A DNA stretch of 64,000 nucleotides from the human T2T-CHM13v2.0 reference genome, Homo sapiens (GCF_009914755.1 NC_060926.1); one strand, 5' to 3'. Numbered from the stretch's first letter, positions 14,501 through 29,166 are shown. Translations and numbers: made by a program. Notes: generated from the letters alone by a model not told the origin.

Positions 14501-14806
14501 CCAATGCCGGCTGTACTTCCATCTACTGATGAGTCATAAGTAAACTATATGTGCCTCAGATTGGGTAGCAGCACAACAAATATGTATTTTTTGGAATTAA
14601 ATTAAAATTAATTCAACCAATATTAATGGCATGTCATTACAGGTGCTAAAGATACAATAGTGAACAAGATAGGTCTAGTACCTATCCTTGTGGGGCACAG
14701 ATTTTGCCTTGGCTAGAATACATTTATATACATGAAGGGCAGAAGTTCTTTGATAACTTTGGTTATTTAAATTCTACAGTATAAATGTTCACATAATTAA
14801 TTCTAA

Positions 14807-14944
14807 CTTTTTTTCTTCTCCTTTTTGTGGAGAATGAGGTCTTGCTGTGTTGCCCAGGCAGTCTTGAACTTCTGGGCTCAAGCTATCCTCCTGCCTCCAC
14901 CTCCCTAAGTGTTGGGATTACAGGCGTGAGCCACTGTGCCCGGT
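14807..14944 (-). mobile_element. FLAM (left Alu monomer)
   Basis: Monomer only; TSD taattaattctaa. Confidence 0.85.
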
Positions 14945-15074
14945 TCAGGTAATTAATTCTAAGCAGCAGGAAAAGAAAATAAAGTGTAACTGCCAAACCT
15001 CATGTTAGTTACTTTACCCACCTCTTCACCCTACCAAAGCTTTTGCCTGAATTATACACTAAGATAATGAATTG

Positions 15075-15285
15075 ACGTGAATTGGGCACCTACTGTGTGC
15101 CAGGCCCATCACACGTGATACTCCATTAAGCCTAACAAATAGGTATCATTACTTCTGTTTTAGAGATGGAGCTCAGAGAGATTAATTTATCCCAGGACAC
15201 GCAGCCCCCAAATATTAGAACCAGCACTAGAAGCCAGGTTCATTTGACTTCAAAGCTTATGTTTTTTCGACTTAAACCATTCTGG
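15075..15285 (-). mobile_element. MIR
   Basis: cacctactgtgtgccagg...ttttagagatggagctcagagag. Confidence 0.7.
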
Positions 15286-18241
15286 GTCACCAAAAACTAA
15301 AATGATTTGGTGAACGTCATCTTGCATTTCCTTACATGCTCTGGAAATAAAGGCCTCTCATCCACGAACATAACAATTGGCATTGCTAACAGAGTTTATA
15401 GTACCTCTATGGTATCTTCTCAATTCATATGAGTAATAAGCACATTTAAGAATATTTTGCAGCCTTAAATTAGCAAATATTGCCACATTAAGCATTAAAA
15501 AAAAAACTTGAGAGATCAAAATGAATAGGGTTTATATTATAATCTCATAGTTTCCTACCCTCATTTTTGGTATTCCAGCGAAAATAAAGATAACATAAAC
15601 CAAGAAAGTGGTGCTTTGTGAATCACAGTGTTATTATTTTTGAAATATCTTCTTGCTTAAACAACATGCCAACTCTCAAAATATATATATAACTACTGAT
15701 AAATAATTGCTAATTGCAGGAGGAGGCTGATATTTTTAACAATATGATGCATACATATAACATGTATATAATTTGTTTAAATTACTATTATATAAAAATA
15801 TTTTTTAAGAATAAAAATCAACTGAAACAAAATTGAAATGGAGCCCTACCTCTGAACGGGGCTTTATTTGAGAAGAAAACCTAGAGTTAGAATTCCGGTT
15901 TCTTTTTAGCCACAAACATATATCCTGTAGCTCTGGAAGTCCAGTTGCCTAGACAAGGGGATTGGAGGCAATTACTCTGTATTCATTTAATCAGAAATCA
16001 CATTAAGGCTTTCTTTGCACCCAGTCCCTCCCACTGAAGTCCTCCAGAAGGTGGGTGCGGTTCAGAGAACACGATTTGGCCCGTTGTGTTGAACACTATC
16101 CTGGACATATCGACTCAATGTGATTGGATTTCCTTTATTACACTGAGGTGACACAGAAGAATGATAAAATCTATTATTGGACAACACAGTGCCGTCCAGA
16201 AGAACCATCAAAATCTGACCTAAAGTAAGGGGTGGGGAGCAGGATGTCTGAATTTATCTCTTAAGGTAATATTTTAATATACTGTTGACATTTTTTCTTC
16301 TCATGCTCATTTTAATATTTAAAAAAACCTCTTAAACCACAAAACTTATTTCCTGTCCAGTTCTAAAAATAAAGCAGCCTAAATACTGCTGTCGAATTTT
16401 TTTATTTAAAAAATTGCTTCTAGAATATAAATACATATGTTTGCTTCAGCCTGACCACCTGGAGTCACAGGTTTATAAATTGTATAAAAGTATATAGTGT
16501 TAAGATGTTTACTAAAAATTATTAATAGGTTTTCTGAGTTATATAATTTAACTTCCCTGAGACTATTTTATAAAAAGTATTACCTCCACTAACAAAATAA
16601 TATGTTTTGCTTGATAGATTAGTCATGTACTCATACGACTCTACAGGTGTACTGGGCACATTATGGCATGCGGTTGGATGCCATGGAAACTCTAAGGAGG
16701 GTGTGGCCAGAGTGTGGGGGAACTTAATCAAAAACAGTTGTCAGCTGACTCTTTACTAATTTTGTTCTTCTCAGAATAAAGATGTCAGCTGTCCTTTTCT
16801 GCAAGACATTTCATTTAGAAGACTTTCCTGAAATAATTTCTTCCTGAAATAGACAGAACTGTAGGCCGATGTGTCATTTTAGTTAATCAAAACAAGTAGG
16901 CAAATTAGTCTCTTTTATTTTTTTAATGAATGTAATTTAACGGTATTTAATTTGCATACAGGAAAGTTCACCCAGGAAAAAAAAAGTCTGCATTATAGCA
17001 CTTTTGTAAACCTCAACAAAGCCCTTCATTAGCAGACCTAATTGATTTTTCCTACCCACCCCTGGGGGAAGAAAGCTATCACAGTACCTGCTTATTCACT
17101 CAGAGAAGAAATGGGTGTGCCTGGTGGTTCAAGCAGAGATTTGGGTTAAAAAGTCCTGTGGCTCTGTTTTTGCAGGGAGATCTTGGTCAATGCTTGCTTT
17201 GAGCATTCAGGAAATTTGTTTTTCTGAGCAATAGGAGAACATCGCTTGTCTGCTTGGTGTCCTCCCCATGGGCCCAATTTAGTTCAACTTGCAGCCTTCA
17301 CTGGAATTATTTTATTTCTTGTTTATGTAAACCTGCCTTATTCCAAAAGAGGGATTTTGAGGCTTCTTACCATGACACATAGAATATATCATATAAAATG
17401 AATGGGAAAGTGAGGGCAGTTGGAAATTGGAAAGCCAGGAAAATATGATGAAGCCAGGAATAGAGGTCAGTAGAGAAAACATACGCAACAGGGTCTTTTG
17501 TGGTTGTTAGAGTTAGGCCACACATTTGGCTCTGAGTTGCACAGGTGCTGGAGCAAAGAAAAAGAGGATCAACTCTAAGAGTTATAGTGCCAGGAAGTGG
17601 AAGCAACATCCCTTGATCTGCAGACCAGCCTTTCCTGGTGCTGAAACCTGACTATTTTTTCCAACAGGCCCTTGTAAATATGGCGCTGGGTGATGTAATG
17701 AACCAGCTCCTGAAAACATGTCTTCCATAAATGTGGCTCTTTTGTACAAGTCCTTCCATGCCAAAGGCCATAGCGTAAGTCTGTAAAGACAGTTCTTCAG
17801 GGGACTTTTCACTCAACTGACTTTCTTCAGTAATTCATTTTCTCTCAAAGATTCTCCAAGATTTTCTTCATCTTTTTCTTCTCACTTCCTCCCAAGTGTC
17901 ATCCTGCTGCTCCTCTCCACCCCTCCCTAGCAGCATTTAGGAGATTGGAAATACTTCACACTGGAAAGTCTCAGGAGACTGACATTGCTCTCCCTGCTGA
18001 CAGAGAGGCTTGCCTTTGGACTCCTTGCCCTTTTAAGCAAGTAGGACATGGCACCTATGGGACAGTCATTTCCCACCAGCACTCATAACTCTGGGGCTTG
18101 CCATGATGATCCATCTCAGGTGATAAAATGCAGCCCAGGGAAGTAAAAGAGCTTGCCTGTGGCAAGTCAGCATCCTGCTTCACACCTCACATACAGCTCT
18201 TCTCCTTTCGCTGTGCTCATCCCATGTATGATAAAAAGATT

Positions 18242-18599
<358 letters not shown>

Positions 18600-18616
18600 T
18601 TAACTGTGTCCTGTAG

Positions 18617-18683
18617 ATGTGCAAGACATCATCACAAGGAATCAGAAGGCTGGTGTGTTTAAGACCCAGAAAATATCAAGCTG
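18617..18683 (+). CDS. CAMKMT: CAMKMT coding exon (67 nt, phase 1->2): (N)VQDIITRNQKAGVFKTQKISS(C)
   Basis: Acceptor cctgtag|AT, donor TG|gtaaga; frame continuous on both sides; too short for the ORF track. Confidence 0.93.
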
Positions 18684-18754
18684 GTAAGATACCTTTCTGC
18701 ATTAAAAAATTCCCATTGAAATTGCTTTTCTTGATACTATGGATGGTTATTAAA

Positions 18755-18910
18755 AATAATAATAGCTAACATTTATTGAGCACCTGCTGTGTGTCAGGCA
18801 CTGTTTTAAGCACTTTACAAGTATTATCTCATTTAATGCTCATTGGAATACTATGAGGCAGACAGACACTCTCATTAGCTCCAATTAATAGATGAGAAAA
18901 CAAGATAAGT
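18755..18910 (-). mobile_element. MIR
   Basis: aataatagctaacatttattgagcacctgctgtgtgtcaggcactg. Confidence 0.8.
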
Positions 18911-19000
18911 ATATTAAACACTGGGTTGGGGATGATTTATGATTATACAGTATGAGGTTGGGAGAAGCCAGGCCTGGGAACTCCTTAAATGGCTCTCTTC

Positions 19001-19231
19001 CAGTGAGTCTCAGCCTAGGAGCAGTTTTGCCCCCAAGGGGACTTTTGGCATTCCCTGGAGATATTTTTTTTTGTTGTCATGACTTGGTAGGAGAGCGGGG
19101 AATGTTGCTACTGGCATCTAGTGGTAGAGACCAGGGATTCCACTGAACATCCTATGTTGCTTAGGACACCCCCGTACAACAAAGAAACATCTGGCCCAGA
19201 ATGTCAATAGTGCCAACACTGAGAAACCCTG
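19001..19231. mobile_element. MER20 (hAT-Charlie)
   Basis: cagtg...gagaaaccctg ends; internal gctactggcatctagtgg and cccagaatgtcaatagtgcc. Confidence 0.85.
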
Positions 19232-21301
19232 CTCTGTTTCATGATTTTAAAATAGTCTAGGTGTCCATTCGCTTTTAGATTCTGTTAATTCTTATACAAA
19301 CTAGGAGGAATGCTTGCTCTTAGCCACAACAATGGTGTGTTCTGTGATGCTACATTTTATTTTTGCCCTGTTGGTAATGGATCTAGAGAAGTGAGTAATC
19401 ATTTCATAGTTTTCACATGAAACAGCTGTATTTGTGCATTTTTTGTCATTCATTTAACCACAGACTTTATTAGAATAACTCTCTGTTAAATTAATTGTTT
19501 TCTTTATTACTGTGAAGCTGTCATCATTTGGTATTTTGAATTTTCCCTATGGTAAAGACACTTTCCCACCCCAACTTCCCAGTTTGATTTTTTTTATTAG
19601 TTATATAAACTACTCATTAACAGACAAAGCCTACAGACTGATTTCTCTTGGACACACCCACGATACAGCCCCGGCAGCCAGTGATCTTGGTGTGCTGGCT
19701 TCGGACATGAAAATAGCTACAATGCTTAAAAACCAAAGTGATGACACATATTGGTGTGAGGCTATGGAATAGCAATAATTTTTTTCTCTTATATTAATTG
19801 GTGAATGTAATGAAGTGTCCATAGTGTATTTTTAAATCCTGTTTAAAATGTTGGGAGTAAGCTGGTGGCACAGGGGACAGCATATTCTGTGTTTCTCATA
19901 TAAATGAACAAACCACTTCTGTTTCCCAGAAAACCTGGGGTAGGTTGAGAGAAAGAGAAAGGGTCTGCCGTTACCTGTGGGGTCCTCATTGTTAGGACAG
20001 CCTTTCCTTCACAGTGCAGACGGCCTTACCCTTCTGGAGAGGACTTCGTTTTTGGACATGATTTTCAACCTGGTCTTTTAGTTATCAATCAAAAGTGCAT
20101 TTTCTATGTTGTCCTCATTTACATTTATTTAATGTTTAAGGTCATTTGTGAGCATTTGAGTGTATTTCAGCATATGGAATCAGGGAATAATAGATTTCAG
20201 CTTCATGCTGTGAAGAGAGATTGTGTTTTTACAAGACATAATGTTGTTTACTGGGTGTTAATAATCACTAATTAATAAACATATCTAGACATCTAAAATG
20301 TTGCATTTTGAGGAACAAAAATGTCAAGTGTTTAACTTATGGAGTGCAATGGTATTTTCTGTCATCTCTTCATAAAATAATTAAGTTACATAAACAAGCA
20401 AAATGTCATTATTCAACAAAGGACATATACCAAATGCTTAATACATGGCCTTTGTTTCTATTTTTCTGTTCTCAAAAATGCTATTTCTAGATATATTGCT
20501 CTGATATGTACCTGGACATATAGACTATATGTCAATAATAGTCATATAGAAACCTCCAAGATGAGGATGGGCTTTTTTTGTCATCTTCATCTCATACTAA
20601 TTGTGGTCAGTTTCTTTTCTTTTGACCCCTGTAAGCATTTTGTTCAAAGTCTACTAAAGCACTTTCTAGTGAACAGGTAGATGAGTTAGTCCTTGAAATG
20701 CCTTGATCTTATATTAAGGAGTGACCTGATCACTTAACTGTCAAGAAGCTAAGAGAAATGGCCAGCCACTGATGTAATAATCAGTATTCTCCCTCCATCC
20801 ACTGCTTTCCCACCCATAACCAGTACAATGTGATGAAAGTATTAGTTCCATGAGAGAAGAAATAAAAGGAAGCCATTCACAAAAGAGCTAAGATAGAGTT
20901 CAATATTCTTTTTTAGTGCCTCAGTGCATATGCAGAATTTCTCCTCCAAATTGGAGATGTGGAATAAGAGTAGTGACAGATAACTAAGAAGTATTTACCA
21001 TAGCTATAAAGCCCACATGTGAGCCAAATATTTCTGCTATTAAATAGCACTTCAAAGCTTGACATGAAGTTTGTAACAGCTGAATGTCTCTTGTGACTTC
21101 ATTTGCAAAGAAGATGTATAAGCTGAAAGGAAAGTCGTGGTATGAGAACTATAAGCCTAAGAAATGGTATTTAAAAAAAAAAAAAAAAACAAGCTGCCCA
21201 GAAATTTGACTGGCACCCAAGCTCCTATTCCCACTACTCCGATGATGTTCTCAGTAACTATCAGCATTTCTCCTGCTACCAACCTCTTCCTACCTCTTAC
21301 A

Positions 21302-21512
21302 CAGGGGCAGACCCAGGTTGTGTGGGGCCTGAAACTTATTTTGAGGGCCCACTTAGGAAGAATGAATTCTATTATACCTTACTTTGATAAATTTTACAGA
21401 AATATATGACCATGTGAACACATTACTAGGGCTTGTCCAAGGGCCTTGGAAGGGGCCTTGCAAGAGGCTCTGACGCTGAACCTTCATTAGCTTCACAGTC
21501 AATCCACCTCTG
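21302..21512 (+). mobile_element. MER53-like hAT MITE
   Basis: caggggcagacccagg...cttcattagcttcacagtcaatccacctctg. Confidence 0.65.
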
Positions 21513-22689
21513 CTGTCATAAGCACCACCATCCTTGCCTAAAGTAACTCTTCTCTTAGCTACCAAACTTTCCTGCTCCCTCTATCCATTTTAATCATAGT
21601 CTGATTGTAGCTAAATGTGAAAGACATGCTGGTGAAAGTCTGGAAGCCTTAGCCCTAGCTGAATCTAAGATCCACATATATGAAGAATTATATTCATTAC
21701 ATCTCAGCTTAATGCAGTCATTTGGTTTATTTGTTGTCCATCCATGCAGCCATCCATTCACTTAACAAGTATGTCCAAAGTACTCTGCTTTTGAGAATAT
21801 AAATATGCAGTTATCAAAAATAATTCTTGAACAAAGGAAACCATGCTACTAAATATAGCTAGAGATTGATGAAAGAGCAAGGATATTTACAGTATCTCAA
21901 TTGTTGGGTTTATCTAAAGCTGTCTTCAAAATTGTGACTGTTTAACAAAGAACCATTTGGAGCTTTTGACGTCTACGTATTTCTAGGTCTTCCAGAATTA
22001 GTGAATAGCGTCATTCTCTGGTTAATATTAGTTGAGAGTTCTTAAAAAGTCTATTAAATTTACCCTGCTGTGATGATGTAAGTAAGTTTCACTTAAGAAT
22101 GTATGTATCTTTGTGTGAAAGTTGCTAGTGAATTCAGGTTTATGACCTTTATTATTCTTTGATAATCCATGAATTTTAGTAAACTATGGAACTTGTGTTA
22201 AGACTTTTTTTATAACCCAAACTTTACCTTTATGTGGGCCCCCAAGATTGGTTATTGGTCCCATTGCCCTATTGCTTTTTAAAGATTTATGCCTCCTCTG
22301 AGACTCAGTTTCCTTTAGAGGTTAAAATGGGGATGTGGAAAATGATTTTTGAAAGGTACGTTCCAACCAAGTAGAATCCAGTGGTTGATTTTCCTGGGCC
22401 TTCTGCAGTCTGCCCTTATATCCACATCTCATCTAGCTGCTGCCTCCTCTTTTGGTTACCCTGGACCCCTCACTTGCCTCCGACAGATATGATCTCTCCA
22501 TCTCTAGTCTTTGCCATTCTTGTTTCTCTCCTCTTCTCCATCTAAATCCTTCCTTCTAGGATGGCTCCACTGCCATTTTCCCCTTGCCTTCTCAGCCTAC
22601 CCTAATCTTTTTAATTTCTGCTGCCCTTAGAATAGTACCACAGTTGAACATGGCATAGTTTCTTTTTGTTCAAAGCATGTTGGCTTTGT

Positions 22690-22835
22690 TTGCATGTTCA
22701 CTGGTTTATCTACTTGTTGACAAATATTTTGACCACCTTCTGTTTGCCAAGTCCTATTCTAGATGCTAGAGATGGAGTGGTAAACAAGATGGAAAAGGCC
22801 GTGCCTTCTTGGAGTTTATGTCCTAGGGAGGGAAA
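22690..22835 (-). mobile_element. L2 3' fragment
   Basis: acaaatattttgaccaccttctgtttgccaag...tgctagagatggagtggtaaacaaga. Confidence 0.6.
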
Positions 22836-23869
22836 CAGATCATGTTCTTGAAGGCAAGAATTCTGCTTAATATGTTTTTGTACTCCCTGAAGCAATTAGT
22901 ACACTTTATCCTTGGTATATGAAAGCTTTTAAAATTGGTATTTAGAGAACATTTTGAAAGACATGAATCCATAAGGCTTATGGAACCAAACCATTTTTAG
23001 TAGAGGAAAGTCAAGCTCTAGAGAATCAGACATCCATTTCTACATCAGATAGCTGACTTTCATTTCAGTGTTGGCCTCTTCTCAGGCATGCGCATGTAGT
23101 GTCTGTAGACAAACTGACAGTGTGAGTAGGCATTTATCTGTTCTTTGTCAGGTTGAAGAGGAAGGTTAGTAGAAGGTAACTGAGATAAGGAAGCTGAAGG
23201 CTCTCTTTAAGAAATTTTCTGATAAAATATACCTGTTAGTGAGTTTTGCTAGAATTATAGTAACAGAATCCTGAAGACCGCTGAGAATTCTAGAGATGCC
23301 ACACTCCTGTTTCCTTCTGTTGCTATCTTGGCTATGACAAAATGAAATTATCATGTGTACTTTCTGTTACTAACATAACACTGTTGATTTGCTTAACAGG
23401 TTTATAGATGGGCTCATATCCCTACTATTTAGTGTTTTGCACTGAAGACACCAACTCCCATAAGAACGTTAGCCGGTTCAGCTATTTTTGATAGAGTTAT
23501 CCTTTTTGTATTAAAATGAGCCAGACTTTAAAATAGGAGGATGCTGTATTTTTAGGGACCCTCTTAAACTACAGTCAATTAAAAATTAAGGCCTTTTATT
23601 TTAGAATAACATTGTATTGATTCTTTGGATTTGCCCACTTCTACTTTTTACCAAGGTCAAAATCTCACTACCAAAAATAGGCCAGGTGCTGTATTGATAG
23701 CTAGGTATGCAAGTCAGACTACTGTATTCTCTGTGAAAATGTCTTCTGGTTTTAAGAGAGAAATCCTTCTCCCTTCACAGAATTTTATATTGCAGAAGTT
23801 ACATATCAATAAAAATATTTTTATTTTCAAAGGAGTTCTTCACTTAAAAATAGAGCCATCTTAAAAAAC

Positions 23870-25830
23870 TTTTTTAGAGAATGGCCACATGATAAATCAT
23901 TGTTAAACAATCATTTATTTTTTACCTTAATAATGGACATTAGTTTGTTTTCAATATTTTGTTATTATAAACTGCTGCAGTGAGACACATCTTTACATAA
24001 ATTATACATTTGCAAGTGTGTCTACACAACAGATTTTCAGAAGTGGATTGTGTCTATTTGTACAACCCTACCAAACTGCATAATTTTTGTCACTATAACT
24101 TTGTAATATATTTTCATATTTCATATTTACTAAGACTTGACATTTTAAAAACTGGGAGTCTTTCTATGCAAGAACAGGTATTCTCTTTTTAAGTTTTTAA
24201 AGGTGTTTCACTAGCATTTTTATTTCTCTTAAGTTTATTTTTAGAAACTTTTTGTTGGTCTTACAAATAGGGTTTTTTCTTCGATTATATTTTCTACTTC
24301 CATTATGTTTTACTATGGGGTTTGATATAGTAAGCGTTTAGTCACCTCAGTGGGTTATTGTTTTGAATATTTTGCAGGTTTATCCTCTTGAGTTTTCCAA
24401 ACAAACAATCACATCATCTGCAGATGATGACAATTGTAACTTCTTTCTAATTCTCATACCTCCTTTTTCTCTCTTGTATAATTTTATTGGATAAAAATAT
24501 CCACCATGATTATTAAATAATAGGCATCTTTGAGTCTGACTTTGTTGGGAATCTACTAATTTTTCACCATTAAGTATGCATTAGCTTTTGAGTTGAGATA
24601 AATATGATATTTTTTATCTTCTTAAAATTTCTTAAGAGATGTTATCACAAGTAAATATGGAACTTTAGCAGATATCTTTTCAGCACCTATGGAGATGTTC
24701 AAATTGCTTTCCCTATTTTATTTGTAACTATGACAAATCATATCAAAAGGTTTCCTAATATTGAAACATCCCTGCATTTCTAGTAGTTACTTATTCACAG
24801 TGTCTTAATTCTTCTTTTAATATGCTTCTGTGTTCTAATAACAAATTATCTGAGATTTTTGAAAATTACAACTTTATTGAGATATAATTTACTTACTATA
24901 CAAGTCACCCACTGAAAGCATATATAATTAAATGGCTTTTAGTGTATTCACAGAGTTGTGCAAGCATCACAATCATTTTAGAGTATTTTCATCACCCCCA
25001 AAAGAAAGCTCATACTTGGCCAGATGTGCTGGTTCACACCTATAATCCCAGCACTTTGGGGTGCCGAGGTGGGAGGGTTGCTTGAGCCCAGGAGTTCGAA
25101 ATCAGCCTGGGAGTTTGAAATCAGCCTGGGCAACATAGTGAAACCCCATCTATTGAAAAGAAAAGAAGAGGAGAGGAGAGGGGAGGGGAGGGGAGGGAAG
25201 GGGAGGCCCTCATACTCATGCCCCTTCCTCACTCCTCCCTCCTCCCTTCCAGGGCTAGGCAACCACTGATCTATGTTCTGTTGCTATGCCTTTGCTTATT
25301 CTGGACATTTCACATAAATGGAAGTGTATAATATGTGGTCTTTCACATCTGGAATCTATTGCTTAAAATAGTGTTTTTAAGGTTATTCATGTGTAGCATA
25401 TATCAGGGCATTTGTCATTTTTGGTACTATTCCATTGTATGGATAGACCACACTTTATCCACTCATCAGCTGATGGACATTTGAGATGTTTCCTTTTTCT
25501 TTTTTCTTTTTTTTTTTTTTTTCTATTCTGGATAATGCTGCTATGAACATTTGTGTACACATTTTTGTGACAAGTTTCATTTCTCTTGGGTTTATATGGT
25601 CACATGGTAACTATATTTAACCTCTTGAGGACCTGCCAGACTGTTTTTCAAAGTGGCTGAACCACTTTAAGTTTTCTACCAAAAAGTATATGATGTTTTC
25701 TGAGCTGCTTGCTTAGATATTCATCAGTAAAATTGGTCCAGAATTTTCTTTATTGTGCAATCTTTGTCTGATTTTAAATAGCACTGACATAATAGCTATT
25801 TAAAAGAATTTTGAAGTTTGTCTTATCTTT
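23870..25830 (-). mobile_element. Old L1M fragments, including an L1MB/MC-type 3' end at ~24868-25690
   Basis: caactttattgagatataattt..., ctggacatttcacataaatggaa, and degenerate ORF2-like T-rich sequence. Confidence 0.7.
25018..25205 (+). mobile_element. FLAM/Alu left monomer with 19-bp internal duplication and (GGAGA/GGGGA)n tail
   Basis: Monomer; TSD core ctcatact. Confidence 0.85.
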
Positions 25831-26409
25831 TGAACCACCTCTTAGTGGGTTGCCCTACACTGCTACCATAATTCTAGATCAGAACAATTTTTACCCCATT
25901 ATTTTGTACGTGATATTTGGAGATATAGTGGCAAGAAAGAACAAAATTACATTAAAAAATGCACTGCACTTGAAAGTATGTAAGTTTGAAACATTAAAAA
26001 AAGGAAGAAAAATAAATGAAAACACCAAAAAGCAATAAATAATTTTGTGATTTCATCTGAGATGGTATATAATTGTACTTTCTAGTCCATTCATTCTAAT
26101 ATTTTGTTGTCACTTTGTTTTGCTACTATGTAAGTTAATCAGCTGTCATAGGATCAGAGATACTTGAAACGGAAAATATAATTAGTAAAATAATTAGTAC
26201 CTTTCATTTCAAGGTCTTGAAACCCTTTCTAGTCCTCTTTAACCAGTGCAGAATATACTGGTCCCCAGCATGAGGGGGGTCTGAATGTTAGGAAAATATC
26301 CCTCTTTTGGACTCTGAAATAAGTTCATTTCTGCTAAATTCCAAACAAAAACACAGAGCTGGGATCAGTTTTAAAGTCAGTCCAGAAAAATGTAAGTGAT
26401 AAGCTGGAA

Positions 26410-26570
26410 CAACAGTTCTCAAACTTTGTTCTCAGAATCATTTGTAGAGCTTGTTATGACACATTCTAGATCCCCACACCCTGAGAGACTGAGGCAGGCC
26501 TGGGGTTTTGCATTCTAACAGGTAACTCTGACGCCTGGTCTGGAGCCCTCACGTGGGGACCACCAAACTA
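26410..26570. mobile_element. MER5-family hAT fragment
   Basis: cagttctcaaactttg...cagaatca...tttgcattctaacagg. Confidence 0.6.
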
Positions 26571-26639
26571 GAGTTCTCGCTGAGAGCTTCTCATTCAATT
26601 CTGCAGTGTTCCATTGCTTTAAAATTGTTCAAATTTTCT

Positions 26640-26994
<355 letters not shown>

Positions 26995-27449
26995 TCAGAT
27001 TTCCATTCATTGAAGCCACTTCCATCCACTGTATTTTCTTGCTTATTTCGTAGATGTTATGCACTTACAAGAAAGGAAAGGACCTGACTTACAGTCAGCT
27101 CTCATTTGTCTGGAATTCATTAATCTTACAGGTCTTCTGAGGTAAACATTTCATTGAGACCTAATTTTTCTTCCCCCTCGCCTTTCTCCCAGCCTTATTC
27201 CTAGTCCAGAAATGTAAAATAATTTTGTTTCATGATAAAATCAATGAAGTTGATCAGATAATCTGTTTCAAGGAATTTACATATGTGAAATCCTGTTTTG
27301 GTTAATCTGTGATGTTGCTTCCTTCTCTGAGATAAGGGAAGTGTTCTTAATCAAGTCTGTCCTTAGGGGAACTGTCACTTCTCTGGAATGGCACTTTCTT
27401 TAAATGCTTGGGACTAAAAAGCCTAGGCCTGTGGCTAAAGAATGTTCTA

Positions 27450-27622
27450 GCCAGGTGCAGTGGCGTGTGCCTGTAGTCCCAGATACTAGGGACGCTGAGG
27501 CAGGAGGATTGCTTGAGGCCAGGAGTTCAAAGCTGTAGTGTGTCATCATCCTGCCTGTGAATAGCCACAGTACTCCAGCCTGGGCAACACGGCAAGATCC
27601 CCTCTCTTAAAAATTTTTTAAA
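27450..27622 (+). mobile_element. FAM (fossil Alu monomer)
   Basis: cctgtgaatagccac 7SL-like segment; TSD aaagaatgttcta / aaagaatattcta. Confidence 0.85.
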
Positions 27623-28186
27623 AAGAATATTCTAAATGTAAATTCATACAGGTAGAGATCTTCTGAAACGAGATTTTCAAAGTGGTTCATGACCCATCAT
27701 CACCTGTAGTGCTAATTTTAAAAACAGGTTTCCAGACATCACATAAACCTTGCTGAAGCAAACTCCATAGAGTTGAGGTTCATTTGAACAATCCGACATT
27801 TGAACAATCTGACAGTTGAATCACCTTCTCAGGTGATTCTAATATATCTGAAGCACAGAGCATGCTTCGAGAAGCCCATTTTATATCCCTGGATTGTTGC
27901 TCAGATGAGTAAACTGAAAGCGTGAGAGTGAATCCATGGATAGCCTCTGTTTGTCATTAGAAGAGGCATTTTTTCACTCTCATGTGAGAGCTTTACTCCC
28001 CACATTGGACTCTGAATTTCTATGGTATCATCTTAGTGAAGATGTGACCTCAGTGGAAAGGGGAAAGTTGTATAGATAAGAAAGTAATTCTGATTCGTTT
28101 CTTGTCTACATCACAGCTTTTAGTTGTTGGGATTCAACAAGAAGCACATATCGGAGGTGGACAGGCCTGAGGGGATAGTCCAACCA

Positions 28187-28390
28187 CAGCTCTCAACCAG
28201 AAGTGGACTGTGTGTCCACCTCTGCACTGTTTGTAATCATATGGGACATTTTTGTTTTATTGTCACAATAGCTAAGTGCTATTATGGTACTGGGAAGAGC
28301 AGCAACTGTAAATATTCTGCAATGCAAGGGACAGTTCACCACAATGAAGAATTGTCCTGTTCCTCAAGACTATCCCAGCTGAGAAATATT
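28187..28390. mobile_element. MER20-like hAT fragment
   Basis: taaatattctgcaatgcaagggacagttcaccacaatgaagaattgtcc. Confidence 0.55.
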
Positions 28391-28465
28391 AGTTCCAGAC
28401 TAGATGAGAAATGGAGATCCAAAAATATTGCCTGGATCTCTTTTACAGCATTGTCTTGCTTTCTG

Positions 28466-28468
<3 letters not shown>

Positions 28469-28506
<38 letters not shown>
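28469..28506. repeat. (GT)19 microsatellite
   Basis: Read directly. Confidence 0.98.
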
Positions 28507-28508
<2 letters not shown>

Positions 28509-29166
28509 CTGTATGCATGTGAGTGCTATATCGGTCTTACATACATTCTTCTTTAAATAAGGGCATGGAATTGATTTTTCTAATGAATAAAAGTTTTTTG
28601 CCTAAAATATTTTACTAAGTTGCTATTCTAGTCCAACTTTTATTATTCAGTTCAGTGCAATGAAATATAATTTAGTGTCTGCTATGTGTAAGGTACTATG
28701 ATGGGCTTTTTATGGGTTATAAAGATTAAGGTGAGGTTTCTGCCTTTAGTAAGCTCAAGATGTCCAGACAAGAGATGGACATTTCCCCAGCTACCAAGTT
28801 ACAAGACAGAGTCTGCTCTAATTGAGTTAACCATGCTATGTGAGTATAAAGAGATCTGCCAATTCAAGGTGGAAGGATCTGAGAAAGCTTCATGAAGGAG
28901 GTGGACCTTGAGCTGTGATCTAGCAAATTAAAGATAACGAAAGGAAAGAAGTTGAAGTGGGCATTCCTGGTATAAAAGGCAGGGAGGAAATAAGAGGTAG
29001 AAGTAGAAAAGATGTGTCCAGCCAGATTTAGCTATTTGTGATAAATAGAGAGAGGCTAGAGGCAGAAAGACCAGTTAAGAAATCATCACACTGGGGTGAA
29101 AGGGGAGATGAATGAGACAGAGCACATGAAGGGACTTCTAAGGTTCCAAGAGAAGTTCTATTTCTT

